Positions 1 through 11,735 of a stretch of 47,263 nucleotides of DNA are shown piece after piece. Below the pieces are notes generated by a model. It was not told the origin of the DNA and ran no database searches. It saw only the letters and a program-made list of their open reading frames with translations. The DNA is taken from positions 1-47,263 of the forward strand of contig JAQGDQ010001325.1 of NCBI GenBank assembly GCA_030141605.1. Direction: 5' to 3'. This DNA comes from Tubiluchus corallicola. Its lineage: Eukaryota; Animalia; Priapulida. Both the position numbers and the translations under genes were made by a program. Every line of letters begins with the position of its first letter. Position 1 is the stretch's first letter.

Positions 1-89
1 TACCTACTTACTTACCTACTTACTTACCTACTTACTTACCTACTTACTTACTTACTTACTGACTGACTGACTGACTTACTGACTTACTG

Positions 90-187
<98 letters not shown>

Positions 188-252
188 CTACCTACCTACT
201 TACCTACCTACTTACCTACCTACTTACCTACCTACTTACCTACCTACTTACC

Positions 253-331
<79 letters not shown>

Positions 332-332
332 C
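1..332. repeat. (TACT/TACC)n tetranucleotide microsatellite, truncated by window start
   Basis: Continuous tact/tacc/tgac tetramers. Confidence 0.97.
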
Positions 333-755
333 TAAATAAATTCCCCGTTTTCGACATGATACCAGATTTTATTCATATTCTCAACAATTCAAATTTTTAC
401 ATACCTCAGCACACTGAAAAACTAATCTGCATTAAACAGCAGCCCCATTCAAAACAATGTTTGTGCGAAACCTAAAGAAGCCAGACTCATTATCAAAGAT
501 ATTCCTTGATTCCACTGAAGTTTCATGGCCATGTACGAATCAGAAATTTGTATTTACTTATCTGAAACTGTCTATTTTTAACATACTAATGCATAGATCA
601 TCATAGAACTATTGTATTGCAATTCATTTTCATGTATGTAAAAAGCAAATTTCTATTCCATTCTGTCCTCCCTCTATGAGGTAACGGTGCCACAATAGAA
701 ATCGTATAATGTGTCATTCTGCAAACCCAGGCAAGAATATTTTATTATTATAATA

Positions 756-925
756 GATTTTACCTGAAAACTGTTTTACCTAAATCCGTAGGCAAGCGTT
801 ATTGTTCGCTATTGTGCAAAAATGTGTAACATTTAATCAACAAGGATCATGGTAAAGCCACTTCAGAACAGGCTTGCCCCGTTCACTCGGGTGTTAAACA
901 CGTTAGCGTCATGCTGCGTTAGGCA
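756..925. repeat. Dispersed repeat fragment; inverted, diverged copy at 45736-45893
   Basis: Its reverse complement (tgcctaacgcagcatgacgctaacgtgtttaacacc...gcttgcctacggatttaggtaaaacagttttcaggtaaaatc) aligns by eye with 45736-45893. Confidence 0.8.
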
Positions 926-1503
926 GCCGAAATATTCATTAAGGTAGCTTGACGCTAATAATTTTGCTCCAATGTAATATTACTTTAACTAAATTTAATA
1001 CTGTCCTAATTCTACTTTAGTGTGATTTCAATTATTGTGATTTTAACTTACATTTTATTTTAGGTGATTTTAACTAAGTACTGCGATTTTTAATTGCATT
1101 CTGAATTAACTACTTTGTTTTTTAACTAATGTGATTTTAGTGTCACTTTATAAATCATTCTACTCATGCTGGGATTAATAAATGACGAATGTTTCTTATG
1201 TGACGTCGATAGTATTAATTTAATTTAAGTTAATTTAAATTTAATTAGTTAATCGTTTAGTAGCCGATTTCTACCTGGGCAGTTTTCTTATAAAGTCCAT
1301 AATAGTCTGCACACATTTACCAAAAAGAGGTTTGCACAATAAATACATTTAGTGCACTTTTCCCCTTCCTCTTCCCTTTTGTTTTTTTTTTATTTTTCAA
1401 TTTTGTTATTAAGTACGCCCAAGTGTGCAGGTGAATTAGGAATTTATTCCACAGCAACACAAACATACATACATATTGATATTACATTGAAAAAATATAT
1501 AAA

Positions 1504-2043
1504 CTAAGCGAGTTACTGTGAGCAGGAGGAAGGAGCGTTGAGCTTTCGAGTGCTCCTCCAAATAAGTGGAACAATTGACAATTAACATTACATAGTATTT
1601 TCATCAGTTATCTAAGCGAGTTACTGTGAGGAGGAGGAAGGAGCATTGAGCTTTCGAGTCCTCCTCCAGAAAAGTGGAACAATTGACAATTAACATTACA
1701 TAGTATTTTTATCAGTTATCTAAGCGAGTTACTGTGAGGAGGAGGAAGGAGCATTGAGCTTTCGAGTCCTCCTCCAGAAAAGTGGAACAATTGACAATTA
1801 ACATTACATGGTATTTTCATCAGTTATCTAAACGAGTTACTGTGAGGCGGAAGAAGGAGCATTGAGCTTTCGAGTCCTCCTCCAGAAAAGTGGAACAATT
1901 GACAATTAACATTACATAGTATATTTATCAGTTATCTAAGCGAGTTACTGTGAGGAGGAGGAAGGAGCATTGAGCTTTCGAGTCCTCCTCCAGATAAGTG
2001 GAACAATTGACAATTATCATTGCATAGTATTTTCATCAGTTAT
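1504..2043. repeat. Minisatellite, 5 x 108 bp
   Basis: Units start at 1504, 1612, 1720, 1828 and 1936 (cta(a/g)gcgagttactgtgag-like). Each unit contains a gaggagga...tcctcc inverted repeat. Confidence 0.97.
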
Positions 2044-2361
2044 AACTTATAACGTAAGGTACGAAGCCGCTTGCTTCAACATAAGCGCACATTTCTCTCC
2101 AACCCAAAGCAGCAAAACTCTTCGCCTCAAGGCAGCTGCAAAATTGCGTATGTAATTTACTCACAAGCATAAAAGATCACAGCTTCGAAATGATTACGAT
2201 ATGCTGTCTTGTACGATGTGCAAGTAGGTGCTCGTGGGTAGTATGCATAGTAAAGTGCAACGTCGAATAAATATTGCAAGTAATTACAGCCAAGTTCCCC
2301 TGTGTGTCACATTAGAGAATGATTGGCTTATCAATAATCTTATCCTATATGTTCGAGTACA

Positions 2362-2874
<513 letters not shown>

Positions 2875-3339
2875 CAAACAAACGTGTTGTAAGCAGAATC
2901 TTAATTACAACAGGAACCAAACGCCAATTTGATAACCGAGTCTATAATGATTCATGGCACTTTGAGTTCTTTCATAAAGTAAAGCTCGATTAATTCAGGC
3001 CAACGTGTATTTATTCAATGTAGTATGCAATTACGTGATATTTTATTGACGTGACGACATCCCCGTCTTCGTGTGTCATAAGATGAGTGAACAGCAACTT
3101 TGCATTCTAATTTATTCTGAACCTATTCAAAACAACCACACGTTCTAGACAAGGTTGGAATGCAAAGTTAAAACTACTCAATAGTTGAATTATAATCTAC
3201 AGTACATCAACATACAACATTATTGAAACAAAAAGAAACAATATAGGTAAAGAAACGTTGATAAAGTCAAATTAACCAAATGAAAGAGTTGCTGTATGAC
3301 ACCTTGCAAGTTTGGCTTGTTAAGGTGGCACAAATGAGT

Positions 3340-4056
3340 GAATGAAAGAATGGTTAGGGTTAGTAGACATGATGGAATGGAAAAATAGTAAGATTAGGGA
3401 GAGGAAGAAGGAAGGGAGGAGAGAATGAGTTAATGAAAGAATGGTTAGGGTTAGTAGACATGATGGAATGGAAAAATAGTAAGATTAGGGAGAGGAAGAA
3501 GGAAGGGAGGAGAGAATGAGTTAATGAAACAATGGTTAGGGTCAGTAGACATGATGGAATGGGAAAAATAGTAAGATTAGGGATAGGAAGAAGGAGGGGA
3601 GGAGAGAACGAGTTAATGAAACAATGGTTAGGGTTAGTAGACATGATGGAATGGAAAAAATAGTAAGATTAGGGATAGGAAGGAGGAAGGGAGGAGAGAA
3701 CGAGTTAATGAAAGAATGGTTAGGGTCAGTAGACATGATGGAATGGGAAAAATAGTAAGATTTGGGATAGGAAGAAGGAAGGGAGGAGAGAACGAGTTAA
3801 TGAAACAATAGTTAGGGTCAGTAGACATGATGGAATGGGAAAAATAGTAAGATTTGGGAGAGGAAGAAGGAAGGGAGGAGAGAACGAGTTAATGAAACAA
3901 TGGTTATGGTTAGTAGACCTGATGGAATGGAAAAAATAGTAAGATTTGGGAGAGGAAGAAGGAGGGGAGGAGAGAACGAGTTAATGAAACAATGGTTAGG
4001 GTTAGTAGACATGATGGAATGGAAAAAATAGTAAGATTAGGGATAGGAAGGAGGAA
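3340..4056. repeat. Purine-rich minisatellite, about 8 x 91-92 bp
   Basis: The agac(a/c)tgatggaatgg anchor recurs at 3365, 3456, 3547, 3639, 3731, 3823, 3915 and 4007. Confidence 0.97.
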
Positions 4057-4547
4057 AAGAGGGGAAGAAACGACCACAGAAACGAAAAATTCTCCTTCAA
4101 AGCATCAATATTACCATTGTGACAAACGAAGCATTGTTAGATTTCATAGACACCCATCAATTCTAAATTGAACCTATAATCAAATTCCTGTACCATCAAG
4201 AATAAAAAATAGTACGGTGCACGTGGAGTAGAACTGTGATCACTGCCATTCACTGCCCATTATCAAGGTTGCTTAACTTGTGCTATAAACAGATGACAGA
4301 GTTAAGCCAAAATTAAATACCCACCTCGCTTCTTTTAAGACTTTTAGATCACTAATTCATTGTGCACATTTACGACAAGATAAGTATCAGAGGTAAACTG
4401 TGGGAGGAGAAGATAGAAGAAGAGAGAAGATGAGAAAGAAGAAATATGTCGCGTTTATTAAACGTTTGCAATGAATGCGAGCTTACGTGCAGCGAGCACG
4501 CTAATATTTCTTAAAAATCTGGGGATTGCTAACTTGAATATAGAATA

Positions 4548-4575
4548 CAGTCAACCCTCGTTAAAACGGACTAGG
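4548..4575. mobile_element. Probable Tc1/mariner-pogo (Tigger-like) terminal inverted repeat, partner end degenerate
   Basis: TA|CAGTCAACCCTCGTTAAAACGGAC resembles Tigger-type ends. Only a weak candidate partner lies near 5880-5922. Confidence 0.4.
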
Positions 4576-7184
4576 ACTAATGGGGGGGGGGGGGTCCGGT
4601 TTAGCCCATTTATCCGATATGCCTATATATGGTCTATAATATACAGGAATAATCACCTTAATAAGGCCTATATACATTGCACTATATACTGTGCACTATA
4701 TACTATACTGTATATTACTTTAAAATAGTTAACCTGTGAGGATAAAGAATTTATTGTACAGTTGTGGGTACTCATCACGCAGATTTCTGATTTTTTCTTC
4801 TATACCTCAGAGGCGCATTAGTCTAACAACCACTGATGTTCCCTGTAATAATAACATGGCTTTACCTAATGAAAACAGTGCTCCTTATAGAACAGAATTC
4901 GCTTTTCAAGGGACATATCAGTCTGCACCACGAATCCATTATCCTAATAGATTTGCACGTTCTGCTTTAGCTGTGTCAATTGGCAAGACAAAGCTCGATG
5001 CTACTTTTCTTTCGCTTCGATGTTTATAAAGTTATAGAAGTAGAAATGCTATTAATGCGTTTGTAGAAATTGTGAAAAATGCTAAAGAGGAAAATATACC
5101 GAAAAAACGTGGAGTTTATTTTTAAAAATGTGAAGTCCAATTACTGTCATTTTATATACTTAGAGTGCTACCCGAATCAAAATATAAAAGTAAGAGTTAT
5201 TTATAAAATTAGGTAAATATAAATTTAAATGTAAATCTAGCTATGTTGCTTGTAGTTGTTGATATGTTTTTGTATATAAGCGTTTTACTGTTATCATAGT
5301 CACCAGTGATATTAAAAGGGATAATTGTAATTATTTTCTAACTTATTATAATAATGCTCATACTGGTCCCTGCAAATAGAGGGAATTTATGTATATTATG
5401 TATGTATTTATGTTAATATATATATTAAAGTAGAGTTATAATAATACTAATAATATAAAGTTATAAGATTCGTCCAACGGGGAGGTAAATTTTCTACACT
5501 TGCCCTGATTACCCAGCAAAATCTGCATTCGATTACTTTTCAGGAATATATTTTACGAAACCAAAAACCAACAGATCATATGTAACGACTGGTCCATGAC
5601 AACGGTCTGAATTGTCCCTTCATTATTGCCATGCCCGTTTCCGTTGCGCTTTGCTACTGCGTGACTATCAACGTAGCGTTTGTAGTAAGCCCATATTCTT
5701 ACCTGCTCGCGAAAATTTCACACATAATGCATCAGGCTCATTAATATGCCTACGGTTCCACTAAATTAGGTGTCTAACGAACTTGAAATGAGCACAATTC
5801 TTGTCATCATAATGAACGGCTAAATGAACTTGAAATGAGCACAATGCTTGTCTACTAATGAACGGCTAAAGGTGCTATCGGGACTTTCAGATTTCCATCG
5901 AATTAACGCGTTATACATTGTAAGCATTAATCGCCAATCATTGAGGAAATACGTTATTAATTTAGGCGTTCTCCCAAGCATCATCAACTAAAAAGACTCA
6001 TGGTTATTAAGAAGACACGCCAGAAAAGACACGCCTTTAGTTTAATGCAAGTATAATAGTTTAATTTAATCGATTAATTGCAATATTAGTTAATACTACT
6101 GTTCGAAGATTCTTGCGTTTTTCTGTTAAATTTGCATACAGTATTATAAAAACATGCAGAACGTATTAAGTAAGAAACGTACCAGGTAAATGACATTATT
6201 GAGAACACTAACCATTCCCTCTTCCTCAAGTGTTAGGTGTGGCAAATGGCCTGCATCTGTATAGCAGTGCCATTTTGCCAGCTACACTCGCACACAAAAG
6301 ACATGAATGTGATTTTTGATGCTTGTTGTACTAACTGCATGTATAAGGCCCTAAATAAGTTATTGTCTTTCTAATATATTACCCCTCAATAGATTTTGCG
6401 TACAATGCTTTATCATGTGACAGTGCTGCTTTGGTGTCACGTAGAAGTAGGATATCACTAGTGGCCATTTGGAAAACAGTGATTTTAAGCCCAAGAAAAC
6501 CCTGCACTTACACTGAGCTTAAAAATTCGTTCGAAATTTTATACCACTTACATACTACTTTTCGTATGCATGGCTTGCATCGGCAGTAACGCTGTATAAA
6601 ACGTGTAAATTTAAACTCCCGCGATGACCGTTAGGCGCAGCCATTTTGGTGGTATGTTGCTAATTAAGTAAAATTTTAAATTACTGTATCTTGTCAATAA
6701 GATTAAAAATACGTTTTTGGCTAATGAGTGGCGCACCCTGGAGGGTGAGTCAGCGACATTTATCATTATGAGGTTGAGGCACAAACATTTTAAATTATTA
6801 TTTCTAGTTACATAAGTCTTTACAGCAGGTAAATGAAGTATATAAGTAATATAGATTTGCTATAGTAATATAAACTGAACTGAAACTCATTGCCTGCATA
6901 TGTTGATGGCGCACCCCTCGTAACTGCACAAAATATTAAGTTATTTAAAGGCCGCCTATATAAAGTTAACTTGCATAAATTCCTTGTTCACAATAGACAC
7001 ATGTAAGCAGTTAATCTCTTTGTGTCTTTACCACATTCTTGTAAATATTTTATTCGTATGTTTTTTGCCAACGTGTTTTATATCATATTGTTTTTATTGT
7101 AAACTGTATTTTACTATTGGGTGTGAATAAAATAATTAAATAAAGTGTTTCATTGTATTGGTTCTACAGGGTGGTATAATGTAT

Positions 7185-7480
7185 TGTTACGGAGGCACCT
7201 GTGTCGGGTCAGGTGTAGGGCCCTCTACACGCCCTGCTTCCACGTCAGCAGCGACTCACCCCTTTCTTGTAGGTCCAGACGTCTTGTTTGGGCCTACAAG
7301 TGGTGTGAGAAGCCAGCTGACCTGGAATGCCAGTATAAAAGCGTGTAGAGGTCACTACAGCCTTGATTTCTGACGCAGGTGCTCCTCGGGTGTAGCGCTG
7401 TTACTGCGTTAGTTAGTTATTTTTTGTGCGCGTGTATTTTGTTCCCTATTTTTATTAGTGCTGTTAATAAACTCCGTACA
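7185..7480 (+). mobile_element. Solo LTR, about 296 bp
   Basis: TGTTACGGAG...CTCCGTACA inverted termini, TATAAAA at 7334 and AATAAA at 7466. Flanks gtat/gtgt form an imperfect 4-bp TSD. Confidence 0.7.
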
Positions 7481-7749
7481 GTGTAGTTTTTGTGTATTTT
7501 ATTTTATGAGAGTTAAATGACATGCTATAACAGGAATATGGTACTAGTTTACAGACATTAATTTAGTTATTTAACATAACATTTGTAATTAAGTATCGGT
7601 TACACAACGATTATAAAATGGATCTTCATGATGCGCAATATCAACACCGCCATGCCATCTTGGAGTTCGACCCCCTGGGTCGAATTCAGTCCAGTATTAA
7701 ATAAATCTGGTGTTATGGATTTATGGGTTTAAACTCACTGGATTTGCAA

Positions 7750-8440
7750 AGAAATTAGGGAACAGTTTGTTATGGGTTTTGTACATAAAGATACGAACAT
7801 TGTAAGACACGAGATCGTAAACCATTAATATCCGACAGTCTTTAAACAGGTGAGTAATAACAGGATGGCCGTATGGTAAACAGCAATTGATTCTTATGAA
7901 TTTTCTTTGTAGAGTACTGAGTTGGTTTCAGTTGGTTAAGTACGTTTTACCCCAGGGAATATTACATTAGCTAAGATAAGGCAAAACCAGCGTGGTGTAC
8001 AAAGCGTTAATAAGAAAGATTTTGTGCGACTACGTCATATATATGAGATTATTCGAATATTTTTTGCAATCTTATTACTGACCATAGTTATATGAGGTTT
8101 CCAGTTTAGATTTTCGTGTAGTACTACGCCCAGGAATTTAGTTTGCCGTATTTGTTCTATTGGATGGTCATCTATTTTTAAGTTAAGTGTTGGCACAGTT
8201 TTGTTCTTAGAGTGAAACATAAAGCACTTTGTTTGATCAGGGTTTAATGATAACTTATTAGCTTTAAACCAGACCGAGTAAGAAGACAGTTGGCAGTTCA
8301 TTTCTGTCTTAGTTAGAAAACTGAAAGCCATAAAGATAGAGGTATCGTCAAATTGAATCATTCTCTGACGAGTTAGTGTCATTTATGTAAAGCAAAAATA
8401 AAAGTGGGCATAGAATTGAGCCCTGAGGAACCCCCGTTTG
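7750..8440 (-). mobile_element. Degraded non-LTR retrotransposon (CR1/L2/Crack group) reverse-transcriptase fragment
   Basis: Minus strand reads QTGVPQGSILCPL near 8440, then DDTSIF, WFKANKLSLNPDQTK and KFLGVVLHENLNWKPHI (ORF 8035-8382). Stops and frameshifts are present. Confidence 0.9.
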
Positions 8441-9234
8441 CAAGATTTTTGTGTTTCAAACAGCATAATTACGTTTAACAACTTTGGATGCCAGATCCAC
8501 CCTGTTCTAAAAATAAAAAGAATCGAGGTGCTCGTTGCTGAATAATGCAATCCTTAGTTATATTTTGTTAGAAATGAAACTTAGTGAACAAATCCGATGT
8601 AGCAGGATATGCACTAAGAAGGGACTTTGCCTTTAGACAACAAAATTTGCGTTTTCGTGTCGTTGATAAAATCCAGCGTCAATGTCTAAAGCAGGTGTCA
8701 CTTTAGCGTATAAGAAAGTTCAGAAACGCAAGGCTTTTAAAAGCTTACATAAAAATGACTGGTCAGACGACAAAATTGTGGCAAAGAAATGACGCTTAGT
8801 ATCCATAACGTTGCTTTGGCAGCAAAATTTTGCATAATTATTTGAGCAGTAATCAAAATTTCTTTTTATTTCCAAGGCGGCGTTTTCAACCAAGTTGTGT
8901 AACTGTTCAATCCTCAAATCACTACTGACCGATTGAACGAATTATTACATAATTAGCCTCTAAAATTTATTTAGCTTTTAATTTACTAACCCTGTAAATA
9001 TATTATTACTCATGTGATTTTTATTTCATTGTATTTTATTTCATTTTAGTACTGTTTTTGTATTTTATATGGTCTTAGTTAAAAAAATAAAAAATTGAAT
9101 TGAATTGAATTGAGTTTAACCGAAGTCCAGTGGGTGAGTCCGTTAATCCGCTGGTGCACATGGATTACGCCCAGTCCACGCCTGCACATCCGAGTATTTG
9201 GCAGAGTAAATGTCAAAGACTTGAACCACTAAAC

Positions 9235-10390
9235 CAGTGTTTCCCAAATTGGGCGGTTTCGCCCCCCACGACAAGGTGGCAGTAGGAGCAGTTAATAAAT
9301 AAGTTTTTTATAAATAATTGTTTTTTATAAAATCTGAATGACAAACATAAGTCACAAACACTAAGGTACCACACGTATGCAGTTTATAGAGAGTAAAACT
9401 GACATAAGAATTGTAAACGAATGCATAGCTTTGTTACGTAGTCAAAGTCGGAGTTATAAAACTCTTCCATGTTGCTGAAACTGCTACAAAATACTAAATT
9501 ATGTTTATTTGTGAAATATGTCTTTGTGTGTAATCTTGTTGTTTAAAGTTTGAGATATACCAAAAAGGTGCGTGGACAGAAGAAAATCATTTTAATTACT
9601 CTAAATTTAAATTTATGTTGTATTGTCATCATACTTTTTTGAATTTTGGATAGTGCTGCCACCTTCAGGTGTTCTTGTTAAAATTGTTAAATCTTCCTCT
9701 TTACTGTTTAAATTTTCATTGGCTTCTACAGTCTTTCTGAATGCATAATCTCTAAACCTGTTTTCACACCTAAATGATTTCACCTGTAGTTTTGGTCACT
9801 TGGTTTTCTGCTTTTCAACATGACACTACTTCACAGTTTATGTAGACATTTTAGAATAAAATTTTAAAACTAAATTTCAAGTTTATTGGTTTCTTCAAAC
9901 CAGTGCATGTTCGCATGTGTGTACAAGGGGGAGGGGGCGCTGGGGTTTAGCCCTTTCAGTCCCAAATTATTATTTTTAATAAGAATTTTTTTTGGCTTGG
10001 TACTTTTGTTCAATATGTCCATCTTGTTTACACATAATAATTATTTTTTTCTACCTGTGCCCGTGTGCTAAATATAGCCTGTATCCCACGGGATACATTG
10101 GGTTGTGCCTGCTATGCTGATCTGTACAAAGTCATCTCTAAAGTACTGTACCTTGTGCAGTTTTTTATGCTATGTAGATTTTCTAGTTTGCCATTTTATC
10201 ACCATTTTTAATCTATTGTTATTGGCTTAAATCAAAATAACTATTAACATATCAAGTAACTGTCAGCTTTAAAATTTTATTAATTTTAAAGGCAGAAAAT
10301 ATTCTCGTATCCCACGGGATGCAATGGGTATGAAAGGGTTAATTTGCAAACCAAAGGGGGCGCTAGCTTGGAAAAGCTTGGGAACCACTG
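9235..10390. mobile_element. Non-autonomous hAT (Charlie/Buster-type) element, 1156 bp
   Basis: Ends are CAGTGTTTCCCAA...TTGGGAACCACTG. Exact 8-bp TSD CACTAAAC at 9227-9234 and 10391-10398, with the central TA typical of Buster/Charlie targets. Confidence 0.92.
9951..10338. mobile_element. piggyBac-like MITE (copy 1), nested in the hAT element
   Basis: CCCTTTCA...TGAAAGGG ends flanked by TTAG/TTAA. Two internal GTATCCCACGGGAT quasi-palindromes. Inverted homologue at 28248-28705. Confidence 0.85.
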
Positions 10391-10729
10391 CACTAAACCG
10401 AACACGCGCGCTATAGAGTTGGCAAGGTAAGAAACTGACTGCTATAAACTTTTAAAATGAACAGGAAATATTACCTAGCAACGTGTAACTGCTACAAACT
10501 AGGTAGGTTACAACTAAGTCTCAAACAATTCATGCTAAATTGATTATTAGCAACCCCAGAAACTGATGCATTTTCACATTGCACTTCATACATAAAAATC
10601 TTATTCTCCTTTTGTAAAGTTGCGCAAAAACTTTACTTAACAGCTATTATGAACGAGATATTTAAAACAAAGAAATATAATTAAAACAAAGAAGGATTCT
10701 GAAACAGAAACAAAATTGCAACAAAGATA

Positions 10730-11610
10730 ATTACAACAGTAATAGATCAGATATTTGGAGGCTATCACTTGTCACAAATGCAGTATCAGAAATGTAAATC
10801 TAAGTCAAACACGTTTGACCACTTCTTGGATATCAGCTTAGACATTAAAGGAATGGTCTCTGTTCAGAAAAATGGAGAGGTTTGTCCAGCCGGAGTTGTT
10901 GCAGAAAGAGAATGCTTATAACTGTAAAGTTTGTAATTGTAAAGTGACTGCATTTAAACCCTTCTCCGTTGCAAAAGAGCAGAATGTCTTGACATTGCAA
11001 TTGAAACGTTTTGAAATGGCTGCCATTGGTGGGTGTGGTCGGAAAATTCACGATTCTGTAGCCTACCCTGATAACAGGGGCGGAACTAGGGGGGAGCGGG
11101 GGGGGGGGAGGCTGTCAAAATTTGCGCCCCCCCTGTAAAATCGGACAAATAATTTTTTTGCAGTGAAAATTGCAGTTCGCATGTAATCATTTTAAATATG
11201 AATTAGAATTAGGTAAAAAAATGTTTGGTAGCTTCAGTGTATTATTTTCTTAAAACTTGTGTGTGATAAATTTCTGTAAATAACAATTTAGTTAGAGGCA
11301 CATTAATAACGTTTGGTTAACTGAGAGTTACTTTTCTCATTATTGCTCTGTCCTACACACATGGTAATTATAGGCCTGCATGCAGTATAAAAGGGGTTAA
11401 AAATTGGCTTAACCATTATTTAACCACATCGGATACCTCGCCCCCCCCCAGAAAATTTTTGCGCCCCCCCCCCGCTTGCGACATCTAGTTTCCGCCCTGC
11501 CTGATAAGCTGAATATTAAACCATATATGACTTGTCGAGATGCAGCCCCAGTCATGTACACTTTGCATGGAATAGTATGTCATAGTGGTATGAAGTGAAT
11601 GACACTATAA
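10730..11610 (+). pseudogene. USP36/USP42-like ubiquitin-specific protease (peptidase C19) pseudogene fragment, intronless over this span
   Basis: Translation: ITTVIDQIFGGYHLSQMQYQKCKSKSNTFDHFLDISLDIKGMVSVQK / frameshift / MERFVQPELLQKENAYNCKVCNCKVTAFKPFSVAKEQNVLTLQLKRF...KIHDSVAYPD [MITE] KLNIKPYMTCRDAAPVMYTLHGIVCHSG / WYEVND. This is collinear with the USP36/42 catalytic domain as recalled. Confidence 0.88.
11075..11499. mobile_element. hAT-type MITE, 425 bp, inserted in the USP pseudogene
   Basis: TIRs CAGGGGCGGAACTAG / CTAGTTTCCGCCCTG. Exact 8-bp TSD CCTGATAA at 11067-11074 and 11500-11507. Confidence 0.93.
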
Positions 11611-11735
11611 GGTGTACAATGCAATGATTTGATCAGTTTATGTGCTAACACTTTATATGTGACGTCAGAGTGATATCACGTCAGAGTATATACTTGTTAC
11701 GTTGTTTGCGAATTGTATTGGTAAAGACGGGAATG

